Of a DNA stretch of 64,000 bases, positions 11,197 to 20,483 are shown piece by piece (positions within the stretch are counted from its first letter, which is position 1; each line of letters begins with the position of its first letter). Under the pieces are notes generated by a model that saw nothing but the letters and a program-made list of their open reading frames with translations, was not told the origin of the DNA and searched no databases. A program made the translations under genes and the position numbers. Origin of the DNA: Pseudomonadota bacterium (lineage in GTDB: Bacteria; Pseudomonadota; Gammaproteobacteria; Xanthomonadales; Ahniellaceae); contig JAKJFE010000001.1 in the NCBI GenBank assembly GCA_022705045.1, positions 7,909 to 71,908 of the forward strand. The letters are read 5' to 3'.

Positions 11197-11405
11197 TGTT
11201 GCCGGCCCGGGCCGCCGACACGGCGCCGAGCGCGGAGATGCTGCTGTACCTTGCCGAATTCGCCGACGACAGTGGCCAGCCCGAAGATCCCGTCGCACTG
11301 ACTGCCGATCGACCTGCCCCGAATCCCGCTCCCACGAACCGCACAGAACCTGTACCCGACGATGCCTCCGCCCGAACCCCGCCCGAGCCCGAAGCCGATG
11401 ACTAG
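11196..11405 (+). CDS. small acidic/Pro-rich hypothetical protein (69 aa)
   Basis: ATG shares 1 nt with the upstream stop (TGATG). Its stop overlaps the next ATG (ATGACTAG). It is the inner part of ORF 10863..11405. Confidence 0.45.
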   Translation: MLPARAADTAPSAEMLLYLAEFADDSGQPEDPVALTADRPAPNPAPTNRTEPVPDDASARTPPEPEADD

Positions 11406-12084
11406 CCTGCGTGTGTTGTGCTGCGCATTGCTGCTGGTCGCTGGCGCCGTGTCTGCGGGCGATCGCATCCGCTTCGAGGACCTGACCCCGGCCGAGCAGG
11501 GCGTGTTGATGCCGTTCTCGGAACAGTGGGCGAGCCTGCCGCCGGAAACGCAGCAGAACCTGCGTCTCGGCGCGCAGCGCTGGAACGGCATGAACCCGCA
11601 GCAGAAGCGCGACGCTGCGCGTCGTTTCGGCGACTGGCAGAAATTGCCGGACACCGAGAAGCGTCGGGTGCGCGAGCGCTATCGCGCGTTCCGGCAACTG
11701 CCGCCGGAGCAGCAGCAACGACTGCGTGGCGCCTATCAGCGTTTCCAGCAGTTGTCGCCCGAACAGCGGGCGCAGATGCGACGCAAGTTCGAACGCATGT
11801 CGCCGGGCGAGCGTCGTGCCTGGCTCGATGGCATGCGCACCGAACAGCAGCGCGGCGCGCGCGAACGCATGCTGCAGCAGATTCCGCCGGAACAACGCGC
11901 CGCGATGCAGGAGATGGTGGCGCGCTTCACGCCGGCCGAACGCCAGCGCGTGCTCGCGCACGTGCGCGAGCTGGCGCCTGAAGAACGGCAGGCTTTCCAC
12001 GCCAGGTTGTTGGCGATGGGCGTCGAGGAACGCATCGCCTTCATCGCGACCCTGCCCACACCCGAGGATCAGCCGGCGCGCTGA
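11398..12084 (+). CDS. DUF3106-like secreted protein with repeated RxxxF/W..LPPEQ(Q/R) units
   Basis: Signal peptide MTSLRVLCCALLLVAGAVSAG. Five or more internal repeats (WASLPPETQQNL, WQKLPDTEKRRV, FRQLPPEQQQRL, FQQLSPEQRAQM, QQIPPEQRAAM). Confidence 0.7.
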   Translation: MTSLRVLCCALLLVAGAVSAGDRIRFEDLTPAEQGVLMPFSEQWASLPPETQQNLRLGAQRWNGMNPQQKRDAARRFGDWQKLPDTEKRRVRERYRAFRQLPPEQQQRLRGAYQRFQQLSPEQRAQMRRKFERMSPGERRAWLDGMRTEQQRGARERMLQQIPPEQRAAMQEMVARFTPAERQRVLAHVRELAPEERQAFHARLLAMGVEERIAFIATLPTPEDQPAR

Positions 12085-14264
12085 TGCGCCGGGTCGGTTT
12101 CGTTCGCCGCCGTGGCCATGCGCAGCGGCGGATGTTGCAGGCGCGGCAATTCGACGAAGAAGGTGGCACCGCGGCCGATGCCTTCGGACTCCGCGCGCAC
12201 GTTGCCGCCGTGCAGCTCGACCAGATCCTTGACGATGGCGAGCCCGAGCCCGGTCGAACTTTCGCCGCCGGTCGGGCGCGCCGACAGCCGCTGGAAGCGC
12301 TTGAACAGTTGTCGGCGATTGTCCGCCGACAGGCCCGGCCCGTAGTCGCGGATGGCGACGCGGGCGCGCTCGGCGTCGAGTTCGATCCAGACTTCGATCA
12401 GGCCCTTCAGTGGCGAGAACTTCACGGCATTGGTCAGCAGGTTCTCGAAGACCTGGTCGAGGCGTTCGACATCGGCCAGCACGATGGCGCCGCTGGTCGG
12501 GCGGAAATCGATCTGCTGCTGCTTGGCCTGGGTGCGTGTGCTGACGCGGCCGATGGCGTCCGCCAGCAGCACCGACAGATCGCAGGGCACCGGCTGGAGT
12601 TTGATCTGGCCGGCATCGAGCACCGAGGCTTCGAGCAGATCGCTGACCAGCTTGAGGGTGCGTTCGGCGGCCGCGACGATGATGCCGGCATGGCGACGGG
12701 CATCGTCGATGGATTCGCGTTCGGTGCGGATCAGCTCGGCGAAGCCGATGATCGAACTGAGCGGATTGCGCAGATCGTGCGCGGCAATGCCGAGCATCTC
12801 CGTCTTCACGCGATCGGCTTCCTCGGCACGGGTACGCGCCTGTTCCGCCGTCTGCAGCGCCACCGCGAGCCGGGTGTTGGCGTCGGCGCGTTCACGCGCG
12901 GCGCGACGGCTTTCGATGAAACGCACCGTCAGCAGCACGGCGATGCCGGCCAGCAGGATCACGGCGGCAGTCAACGCCCGCTTCAACAGCGTTTCCTGGG
13001 CCAGGATCTCGGCCTGCTGTTCGCTGGCGGCACGCAGGGCCAGCAGTTCGCGCTCGCGCTCGCGCATGTTGGCTGCATTCGCGAGCAGGGCGTAACGCGC
13101 CTCGCTCTGTTCCTGGAATTGGCGCTCGCGCAGTTCATGCGCGGTCTTCAGGTCGGTCAGCGCCTGGGCAGTGTCGCCCTGCAGTTCGTGGATGTCGGCC
13201 AGTTGCCGGTGCAGGCCGATCTGCAGCGAACGGTCGCTCTCGCCCTGCCGCCCGAGTTGCAGCGCCCGCTGCGTGAAATCGAGCGCACGCTGCAGGCGGT
13301 CGCGGCGGCGCGTGCCGGACAACTCCTCGCCGGCGCGGCTCAGGTGCCAGCGTCCGAGTTCGGCGAGGGCATCGATCATCTCGGGGCGCGCTCCGACACG
13401 GGTGGCGAGCGTCAACGCCTGCTCCAGTCCGGACACCGTGGCCGCTTCATCGCCACGCGCCGCCGCCACCCGCGCCAGCCCGGCGCGCGCGGCACTTTCG
13501 CCGACCACGTCGCGATGCTCGGTCTGCAGGTCGAGCGCGCGTGTGAAGGCGTATTCGGCCTGATCGACCAGACCGCGCGCCAACGCGATGCGCCCCTGCC
13601 CGAGCCAGATCGCGGCGATGTCCTGGGCCGGCACCAGTTCCTTGTTCGGATAGGTGTCATACTGGCTCAGCGCCGCCTCGTAGTGGCGTTGCGCGTCGTT
13701 CCAGGCCTGGCGGCGCTCGAACACGCGCGCGATGTTGATCGACGAAGCGATCAGGCCCGGCAGGTCATCGAGGTCGCGCCACAGGTTCTGCACGCGCTGG
13801 TGGCGATCCAGGGCCTCCGCATCGAGTCCCTGGCGCTCGAGCACGGTGCCGTAGCTGTTGCCGACCTTGGCGATCAGGCGCGGGTCGCCGAGGGCTTCGG
13901 CGGCGGACAACGCTTCCAGCAGATAGCCGCTCGCTGCCTGCAGCTGGCCGCGCAGCCGGGCGATCCGGCCGAGGTTGTGCAATGCCTCGATGCGTCCGCT
14001 CTCGTAGCCGCTGTCGCGTGCGCCGACGAAGGCATCCGAGGCCAGCTGCTCGGCGCGGCTCGGGTCCGAGCGCGCCAGGTTCTCGGCCGTGAAATTGAGC
14101 TGGTCGATGCGGATTTCGGCCAGCGCCCGCTCGGCATCGGCCTGGGCGATCGAGTCGTCGACCGCTGCATCCACCGCCGGGACCAGAAGCAGCCACAGCA
14201 CCAGCCATCCGAAGACACGGAACAGCGGGCGCGAGGAGCGGTGGCGGCAACGCGGAGCGGACAT
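12069..14264 (-). CDS. TPR-repeat sensor histidine kinase (periplasmic/N-terminal TPR array, one TM, HisKA+HATPase)
   Basis: H-box GIAAHDLRNPLSSI, N/G boxes LLTNAVKFSP, DYGPGL, GLGLAIV. Start taken at MSAPRCRH with signal-like WLVLWLLLVPAVDA. Confidence 0.85.
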   Translation of the reverse strand: MSAPRCRHRSSRPLFRVFGWLVLWLLLVPAVDAAVDDSIAQADAERALAEIRIDQLNFTAENLARSDPSRAEQLASDAFVGARDSGYESGRIEALHNLGRIARLRGQLQAASGYLLEALSAAEALGDPRLIAKVGNSYGTVLERQGLDAEALDRHQRVQNLWRDLDDLPGLIASSINIARVFERRQAWNDAQRHYEAALSQYDTYPNKELVPAQDIAAIWLGQGRIALARGLVDQAEYAFTRALDLQTEHRDVVGESAARAGLARVAAARGDEAATVSGLEQALTLATRVGARPEMIDALAELGRWHLSRAGEELSGTRRRDRLQRALDFTQRALQLGRQGESDRSLQIGLHRQLADIHELQGDTAQALTDLKTAHELRERQFQEQSEARYALLANAANMRERERELLALRAASEQQAEILAQETLLKRALTAAVILLAGIAVLLTVRFIESRRAARERADANTRLAVALQTAEQARTRAEEADRVKTEMLGIAAHDLRNPLSSIIGFAELIRTERESIDDARRHAGIIVAAAERTLKLVSDLLEASVLDAGQIKLQPVPCDLSVLLADAIGRVSTRTQAKQQQIDFRPTSGAIVLADVERLDQVFENLLTNAVKFSPLKGLIEVWIELDAERARVAIRDYGPGLSADNRRQLFKRFQRLSARPTGGESSTGLGLAIVKDLVELHGGNVRAESEGIGRGATFFVELPRLQHPPLRMATAANETDPAHQRAG

Positions 14265-14435
14265 CGGAAACCTGGAACGGGCGCAGCAGGCGCGGTGGCA
14301 AGGATAACCGACGTGACGGTTCGTCACAGACCGGCGTCGCGCGGCTGTGCCTGCCGTTCAGCCCGGCAACATCCGCTTACAAGCGCGATGCGCGACCGGC
14401 TTGAGCGACCTGTCCCGACCGCGCATGCTGTGGGC

Positions 14436-15155
14436 ATGGACGCCCCCCTGATCCTGCTCGTCGACGACGACCATCGCCTGCGCGAACTGACCGCGCGTTA
14501 CCTCGAAAGCCAGGGCTTCCGGGTGGCGCCGGTGGCGCATCTCGCCGGCATGCGCCGCGAGCTGGAAAAGCGCCATGTCGACCTGATCGTGCTCGACCTG
14601 ATGTTGCCCGACGGCGATGGCCTGACCGCCTGCCGCGACCTGCGTGGCGCCGGCACGACCACGCCGGTGATCATGCTGACGGCGCGCGGCGAGGACATCG
14701 ATCGCATCGTCGGCCTCGAGATCGGCGCCGACGACTACCTCGGCAAACCCTGCAATCCGCGCGAGCTGCTGGCGCGTATCCGCGCCGTGCTGCGGCGCCA
14801 GGTCGCGACACCCGGCGCCGCGCCGCAGGCGCAGCCGGACACGATCCGCTTCGGTCCCTTCGTGCTGGAACTGCACACGCGCGTGTTGCGTCGCGACGGC
14901 GTCGCCGAACTGCTGAGCAGCGGCGAGTTCGCGGTCCTCGCGGCGCTGGTGCGGCATCCGCGGCAGACACTCAGTCGCGATCGCCTGATGAACCTGGCGC
15001 GTGGCCTCGACCACCAGGCCAGCGACCGCTCCATCGATGTGATGCTGTCGCGGTTGCGCAAGCTGATCGAAGCCGATCCGCGGCGACCGCGCTGGCTGCA
15101 GACGGTGCGTCAGGTCGGTTACGTGTTCGTGCCCGACGCTGCGGATCCGTCATGA
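14436..15155 (+). CDS. ompR: OmpR-family response regulator
   Basis: Receiver LILLVDDDHRLRE...DLIVLDLMLPDGDG...K, winged-helix C-terminus LQTVRQVGYVF. It is the inner start of the long ORF 12084..15155. Confidence 0.9.
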   Translation: MDAPLILLVDDDHRLRELTARYLESQGFRVAPVAHLAGMRRELEKRHVDLIVLDLMLPDGDGLTACRDLRGAGTTTPVIMLTARGEDIDRIVGLEIGADDYLGKPCNPRELLARIRAVLRRQVATPGAAPQAQPDTIRFGPFVLELHTRVLRRDGVAELLSSGEFAVLAALVRHPRQTLSRDRLMNLARGLDHQASDRSIDVMLSRLRKLIEADPRRPRWLQTVRQVGYVFVPDAADPS

Positions 15156-16399
15156 CCCGGCGCAGTCTGCGCGCGCGCCTGATGCTGTTGCTCGCCGTCG
15201 TGGTTGGTGCGGTCCTGCTGATCGCGGCCGCGGTGATGTCGCAACAGACCCTCGGCGAAGGCGCGACCCGCTTGGCACGCATGGTCACGGCCGCGGTGAC
15301 GGCCTTGGATCGCGCGTTGCCGCAGAACACCGGCGTCGCCGAGCGCGCATCGCTGGCCCGCCTTGGCGTGCAGTTGAGCGACCACCCGCCCGTGCACGAA
15401 ACCCCCAACGCCCTGCTCGGCCTCGAAGTCCTGCGGCGACTGCAGGCCGAGCGCCCGACGCCGGACGAACTGCGTTTCGCCAGCGGCCCGCCGGTGCGGT
15501 TGTGGTTCCGTTCGCGGACCGTGCCGGACCTGTGGATCGGTTTGCCACTCGAGCACCTGCGCGAACCGGTGGCACGGGCCTCGGTCTGGATCCTGGTGCT
15601 GGCCGGTGTCGTGGTCTGGATCGCCGCCGGCGTGCTGGCGCGGCAGCTGTTGCGTCCGCTGGAACGCGTTGCGGCGGCCGCCGACGCGGTGTTGGCGGGT
15701 CGCCCGCCCGCCGGGTTGCTGGACGGTGCCAGCGCCGAAGTCGCACGTGTCGTCGACGCATTGACGGTCGCCGCCACCGCCCTGCACGAGCAGAACACGG
15801 CGCGCGAACGCATGCTCGTCGGGCTCTCGCACGATCTGCGCACGCCGCTGGCGCGCCTGCGTTTCGCACTGGAGCTGGGCGATGAGGCCGACCCGGCGCA
15901 GCGCACCGGCATGATCGCCGACATCGACGAGATGGATGCCCTGATCGGCGAGGCGCTGGCGCTGGCGCGTGGCGGCGGCGACGAGGCGCGCCAATCCCTC
16001 GATCTGGTGCCCTTGCTGCGCGAGCTGGCGCAGCGCTTCGGGGTTCAGGCCGAGGTCCGCTGCGCCGCATTGCCGCCATCCTGCGAGGTGATGGTCCAGC
16101 CGCTGGCCCTGCGTCGCGCGCTGGGCAATCTGGTGCAGAACGCGCTGCGCCACGGCGCGCCGCCGGTGACGCTGAATCTGGCCTGCAGCGACGCGTGCGT
16201 CGAGGTGGTGGTGCAGGACAACGGACACGGACCCGATCACGCTGACGCCGGTACCCGCGGCTTCGGCATCGGATTGTCGGTGGTGCGTGCGGTCGCGGCC
16301 GCGCACGGCGGTGAACTCGTCCTGCGCACGCTGGATTCGGGGTTCGCCGCGATCCTGCGGTTGCCGGCTAGCGTGCCTGCAGCTTCGCGATCCCGCTGA
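15152..16399 (+). CDS. envZ: EnvZ-like sensor histidine kinase
   Basis: ATGA overlap with ompR. Two TMs. H-box GLSHDLRTPLARL, N-box NLVQNALRHG, G-boxes DNGHG and GIGLSVV. Confidence 0.85.
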   Translation: MTRRSLRARLMLLLAVVVGAVLLIAAAVMSQQTLGEGATRLARMVTAAVTALDRALPQNTGVAERASLARLGVQLSDHPPVHETPNALLGLEVLRRLQAERPTPDELRFASGPPVRLWFRSRTVPDLWIGLPLEHLREPVARASVWILVLAGVVVWIAAGVLARQLLRPLERVAAAADAVLAGRPPAGLLDGASAEVARVVDALTVAATALHEQNTARERMLVGLSHDLRTPLARLRFALELGDEADPAQRTGMIADIDEMDALIGEALALARGGGDEARQSLDLVPLLRELAQRFGVQAEVRCAALPPSCEVMVQPLALRRALGNLVQNALRHGAPPVTLNLACSDACVEVVVQDNGHGPDHADAGTRGFGIGLSVVRAVAAAHGGELVLRTLDSGFAAILRLPASVPAASRSR

Positions 16400-16769
16400 C
16401 CAGCCACCAGCGCTGGGCCTCGGCGTCGAAACGCCAGCGGAAGCGTTCGATGGTCGATTTGCCTTCCTGGGTGTGGCGGTTCACGAAGTCGATCTGCGCC
16501 ACCTGCTCCACTTCGGTCGGCGACAGCTGGACCGGCGGCTGTTCGCGGTAGCCGGCGATCTGCAACTGCTTGAGTCGCTCGATCTCGAAGGCGCTGGGTC
16601 GCGGCGCTTCCGGTGCAAGGAAGCCGAGCGCGTCTTCGATGCTGCCCCAGCGCACCGCGGCAGCGTATTGATCGAGCGTGGCGTCGAGCAGCTTGTCCTC
16701 GTCGCGCGTCGAACTGCAGGCGCCGAGGAACAGGGTCAGGAGGACGACGAGACGCGGCAGCAGATGCAT
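16368..16769 (-). CDS. lipoprotein, hypothetical
   Basis: MHLLPRLVVLLTLFLGACSS has a signal peptide plus lipobox. The 3' end overlaps the envZ 3' end convergently by about 32 nt. Confidence 0.6.
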   Translation of the reverse strand: MHLLPRLVVLLTLFLGACSSTRDEDKLLDATLDQYAAAVRWGSIEDALGFLAPEAPRPSAFEIERLKQLQIAGYREQPPVQLSPTEVEQVAQIDFVNRHTQEGKSTIERFRWRFDAEAQRWWLVSGIAKLQAR

Positions 16770-16770
16770 G

Positions 16771-17229
16771 TCAGGCACTCCGTTTGGCGACGAACTTTCC
16801 GAACATGCGGCAGGCGACACCGCCACCCTCTGCGACCGCGACCTCGGCCATCATGGTGATGCGTGCCTTGCCGCGCGCACGCAGGTCGGCGATGAACTGG
16901 TCCCAGTCCTGGCCGGGCTCGGCCGCGGCTTCCGCGGTCAGCGCGTCCCAGACCGGATTCAGGTAGCTGATGGCGCTGTCGGCCACGAACACCTCGGCCG
17001 TTTCGCCGGCTTCGGCCAGCTTCAGGTTGACGAGGCCCCAGGCGGCGAGGGTCATCAGGCTGGCGAGGCTGCCGCCGAAGGCGCAGCCCTTGTCGTTGAC
17101 GTTCGGGGCCAGCGGCGCCTGCAGGGCGATGCGATGGCCGTCGTAGTCGAGCACGCCGATGCCCATGGCACGGGCCATCGGGATGGTTTCAAGGATGGTG
17201 CGCTCGAGCGAGAGCGTGTCGTGGATCAT
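16771..17229 (-). CDS. hotdog-fold thioesterase domain protein (YiiD C-terminal-like)
   Basis: MIHDTLSLERTILETIPMARAMGIGV...GCAFGGSLASLMTLAAWG. It is the inner start of ORF 16771..19086. Confidence 0.65.
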   Translation of the reverse strand: MIHDTLSLERTILETIPMARAMGIGVLDYDGHRIALQAPLAPNVNDKGCAFGGSLASLMTLAAWGLVNLKLAEAGETAEVFVADSAISYLNPVWDALTAEAAAEPGQDWDQFIADLRARGKARITMMAEVAVAEGGGVACRMFGKFVAKRSA

Positions 17230-17310
17230 GCCCCAGTCTGCCGACTCGGTTGCGTGCAGCGCAAGCGCCGGACGATGACGTCGGTGGCGAAGCGGACTAC
17301 CCTTTGCGCC

Positions 17311-18072
17311 ATGGACGCGCATCTTGAGGACACTGGGCGCTTGCGCGGTTTCGGTTTCGTGCTGACGCGGCCGGCGGGCGAGAACCGCGCTTTCGCGGCC
17401 GAATTGCGTCGGCGTGGCGCCGAGGTCGTGAGCCTGGCGCCCTTCCGCGTGGTGCCGCGCAAGGACCGGGACGTGTTGGCGCTGGCCCTGCGCGCCGCCG
17501 CCAACGCCGATGTGGTCGTGTTCGCGAGCACGCTGGCGGTACGCCACACCTTTGCTGTCGTGCCCGACTGGCTGCCGCGTGGCGGGGTCATCGCCCAGGG
17601 GCCTGCGACCGCACAGGCGCTGGCCGCGCACGGCGTCCGCGCCGAGTTGCCCGAATCCGGCTATCGCAGCGAAGAGGTCCTGCAGCACCCGTGGCTGAGC
17701 CAGGCGCGGCGGGTGGTGCGCATCACCGGCGCCGGTGGCCGCGACTGGCTGGTCCAGCGCCTGCGCGAACGCGGGATCGATGCCGCCGACCTGCCGGTCT
17801 ACGACCGCATTCCCTGCACGGCACGCGCCGATTGGCTGCGCCGCATCGACGCGATGGTGCAGCCGCGGTTGATCGTCAGCAGCCGCGAGGCGCTGCTGGT
17901 CCTGCCGGCGCTGCTCGGCGAAGCGCGCTGGCTGCGGATGGCGCAGCACCCGCTGTATGTCAGTAGTGAGCGACTGGCGGCACTGGCGCGCGGCATGCAC
18001 TGCGCCGAGGTCGTGGTCGCGGACTCGGCACGCAGCATCGACCTGATCGCCGCGATCGAACAGCGGCGCTGA
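17311..18072 (+). CDS. hemD: uroporphyrinogen-III synthase
   Basis: 253 aa, FVLTRPAGENRAFAAELRRRG..., followed by hemX/hemY-like genes as in other gammaproteobacteria. Confidence 0.75.
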   Translation: MDAHLEDTGRLRGFGFVLTRPAGENRAFAAELRRRGAEVVSLAPFRVVPRKDRDVLALALRAAANADVVVFASTLAVRHTFAVVPDWLPRGGVIAQGPATAQALAAHGVRAELPESGYRSEEVLQHPWLSQARRVVRITGAGGRDWLVQRLRERGIDAADLPVYDRIPCTARADWLRRIDAMVQPRLIVSSREALLVLPALLGEARWLRMAQHPLYVSSERLAALARGMHCAEVVVADSARSIDLIAAIEQRR

Positions 18073-18102
18073 TAGCATGACCACGGAAGGCGAAGACGAC
18101 GC

Positions 18103-19113
18103 ATGAACGAGACGAACAACACCGCTGCCGCAGGCGCCGGTCGAGGTGCCTGGTGGCTGGCCCTGGGTGCGCTGGGCGTGGCGACCGCAACGGCAGCCGC
18201 ATTGTGGTACCTGGCGAACGCCACCGACCGCGCGATGCAGGAACGCGAGGCGATCACGCGCCGCGTCGTGCTGGTCGAGGAAGAGAATGCGCAGCTGCGC
18301 CGCCAGGTGTCGGCGTTGACGCGCCGGTTTGACGATGACGACGCGCTCGACCGCAGCCTGCGCGAAGAACTGCTCGGCGTCAGCGAACGCGCCACCCTGC
18401 TCGAACAGGCGATCAAGCGCGTCTCCGAAAACCGCATGGACAGCGTGTCCGAGCTGCGCCTGAACCAGGCCGAGCTGCTGCTTTCGGCCGGCATCGAACG
18501 TCTGCGCATGTTTCATGATGCGCAGGCGGCCTTGACCGCATTGCACCTGGCCGACACCGAACTGGCGCGGCTGGAAGACCCGCGTTACGCCGGTGTGCGG
18601 CAGACGCTGGCGCAGGAAATCGCGGCGCTGGAAGCGGTGCCGCAGCAGTCCTATGCCGACACCCTGGTGGCGCTGGCCGACTTGCGCGCGCGCCTGCCCA
18701 TGCTGCCCTTGCGCGGTGATACGGCGGACGCTGCACCAGCCGCGACCGCGGGCCGCTTCGAGACCTTGCTGCGCGGCCTGGTGCGGGTGCGCCGCGTGAG
18801 TCCGCGCGAAGCCGGTCTGCTCGGTCCGCTCGGTGCCGACACCTTGCGCAGCGTCGTCGCACTCGACCTGCTGCATGCCGAAGAAGCCCTGCGACAACAG
18901 GATCTGCCGCGTTACCAGCGCCTGGTCGCCGAAGCCCGCGAAGCCCTGGCCTTCGGCTTCGATCTGGACGCCGCCAGCACCCGTGACGTGCGCCTGAAAC
19001 TGACCCAGATCGCCGCCTACAAGCCGGCACCGTGGCCGGACCTCGGCCTGGCGCTGGAGCAACTGGTGAATCTGCGCCACACCCACGACGTGGCCCGCGG
19101 AGTCGAACGATGA
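18103..19113 (+). CDS. hemX: HemX-like membrane-anchored coiled-coil protein (annotated uroporphyrinogen-III C-methyltransferase family)
   Basis: N-terminal TM AWWLALGALGVATATAAALWYL followed by a coiled coil. Position between hemD and hemY. Confidence 0.7.
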   Translation: MNETNNTAAAGAGRGAWWLALGALGVATATAAALWYLANATDRAMQEREAITRRVVLVEEENAQLRRQVSALTRRFDDDDALDRSLREELLGVSERATLLEQAIKRVSENRMDSVSELRLNQAELLLSAGIERLRMFHDAQAALTALHLADTELARLEDPRYAGVRQTLAQEIAALEAVPQQSYADTLVALADLRARLPMLPLRGDTADAAPAATAGRFETLLRGLVRVRRVSPREAGLLGPLGADTLRSVVALDLLHAEEALRQQDLPRYQRLVAEAREALAFGFDLDAASTRDVRLKLTQIAAYKPAPWPDLGLALEQLVNLRHTHDVARGVER

Positions 19114-20375
19114 CGCTGTACCGCCTGCTGCTGCTGTTGCTGGTGGCGGCGGTGCTGGGTGCGCTCGCGGTGCATGGCTTGCGCGGCGATACCGGCTACG
19201 TGCTGATCCAGCGCGGCGACCTCGCCATCGAGACGACGCTGGTCAACGCGATCTTCCTGCTGCTCGCAGCGCTGGCCCTGTTGTACGTCGTGTTGTGGCT
19301 GCTGCGCTGGCCGTTCCGGCTGTGGCGATCGGGTGCGCGTCGCAGTGCGCGGCGGCGCTTCCTCGACGGCATGATCGCGCTCGTCGCCGGTCGCCCGAAT
19401 CGCGCCGGCCAGCAGCTGCTCAAGGCGAGCAAGCAGTCGGTATTGAAATTGCCGGCGCTGATTGCAGCCCATGCCGCCGCGCATGCCCGTGGCGATCGTG
19501 CCGAAGAAACGCGCCTGCTAGATCTGCTCACCGAGGCCGCGGAAACCCACGATCTCGCCACCGAACTGCGCGCCCGCAATGAACTGCTCGACGGCCGCGC
19601 CGGCGCCGCCATCGAGATGCTGGTGCCACTGTCGCAGGCTTCGCGTCTCTCGCCGATGGGTGCGCGCTGGCTGGTGGAGGCGCTCGCCGCGCGCAAGCGT
19701 GCGCGCGAAGCACTGGCGCATCTGCCGCGCATCCGCCAGAGCCAGCAGTTGCCGCCCGAGGAACTGGCGCGCTTCGTCAGTCGCGTGCTCGTGGCCGCGA
19801 TCGAACAGACCACCGACGCGATCAACCTGCATGCGTTGTGGGCCGATCTCAATCGTGACGAGAAACGGATCGCCGAGGTCGCCATCGCCTATGCGAAGCG
19901 GTCGGTGCAGTTGAACCTGATCGGCCAGGCCGCACAGGAGATCGAGGCGACGCTGAAACACGGCTGGGCGCCGGCCCTGGTGCTGGCCTACGGCGCCTTG
20001 CCCCCGGACGCGAAGGTTGCGCCGCGGTTGAAGACCGCGGAAGGCTGGCTGGAAGCGCATGCGAACGATGCCGCGTTGCTGCTCACGCTGGGCCGACTCA
20101 GTCGCCAGGAGCACGCCTGGATCAAGACCGAGGACTATCTGCGCCGCGCCATCGCCCTTGGCGCCGGCAGCGATGCATGGGAAGAACTCGGCCGCTGCTA
20201 TGCCGAGCAGGGTGATGCCGAGCGTGCCGCGAAGGCGCTGGCGAACGCCCTCGCCGTCCAGCACGGCGAAGCGCCAGCTTCAATGATCGCCAAGCACAGC
20301 GTCGATGACCTGCTTGCGCCGCTGCCAGTCGCCGAAGAACGCGACGACATGGGCATTCCGCGTTTGCCGCGCTGA
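19110..20375 (+). CDS. hemY: HemY-like protein (HemY_N domain plus TPR)
   Basis: ATGA overlap with hemX. MTLYRLLLLLLVAAVLGALAV...GYVLIQRGDLAIETTLVNAIFLLL is a typical HemY N-terminus. Confidence 0.75.
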   Translation: MTLYRLLLLLLVAAVLGALAVHGLRGDTGYVLIQRGDLAIETTLVNAIFLLLAALALLYVVLWLLRWPFRLWRSGARRSARRRFLDGMIALVAGRPNRAGQQLLKASKQSVLKLPALIAAHAAAHARGDRAEETRLLDLLTEAAETHDLATELRARNELLDGRAGAAIEMLVPLSQASRLSPMGARWLVEALAARKRAREALAHLPRIRQSQQLPPEELARFVSRVLVAAIEQTTDAINLHALWADLNRDEKRIAEVAIAYAKRSVQLNLIGQAAQEIEATLKHGWAPALVLAYGALPPDAKVAPRLKTAEGWLEAHANDAALLLTLGRLSRQEHAWIKTEDYLRRAIALGAGSDAWEELGRCYAEQGDAERAAKALANALAVQHGEAPASMIAKHSVDDLLAPLPVAEERDDMGIPRLPR

Positions 20376-20400
20376 TCGTGCGTCATTTCGGGGATTAGGA

Positions 20401-20483
20401 ATCGCGGCTTGGAAGCCGCTCCTACGGATGGCCCCATCAAGGTCTGTGCAAGCCCTTGGTAGGAGCGGCTTCCAAGCCGCGAT
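20401..20483. repeat. REP-type palindromic element (perfect 25-bp inverted repeat, 33-nt spacer)
   Basis: ATCGCGGCTTGGAAGCCGCTCCTAC (20401-20425) and GTAGGAGCGGCTTCCAAGCCGCGAT (20459-20483). Each arm holds its own hairpin GCGGCTT-GG-AAGCCGC. Lies between the convergent hemY and reductase genes. Confidence 0.85.

Noticed and set aside
12084-14435. The N-terminal 784 codons of the 1023-aa ORF 12084..15155, and similar N-terminal extensions (38191..38850 of the GT39 ORF, 17230..19086 of the thioesterase ORF, 16678..17310 of the hemD ORF, 36455..37477 of the radical SAM ORF).
   Set aside because: Only the C-terminal parts match protein families. The extensions overlap well-supported genes on the other strand and have shadow-frame composition, so internal starts with stop/start coupling or signal peptides were chosen instead.
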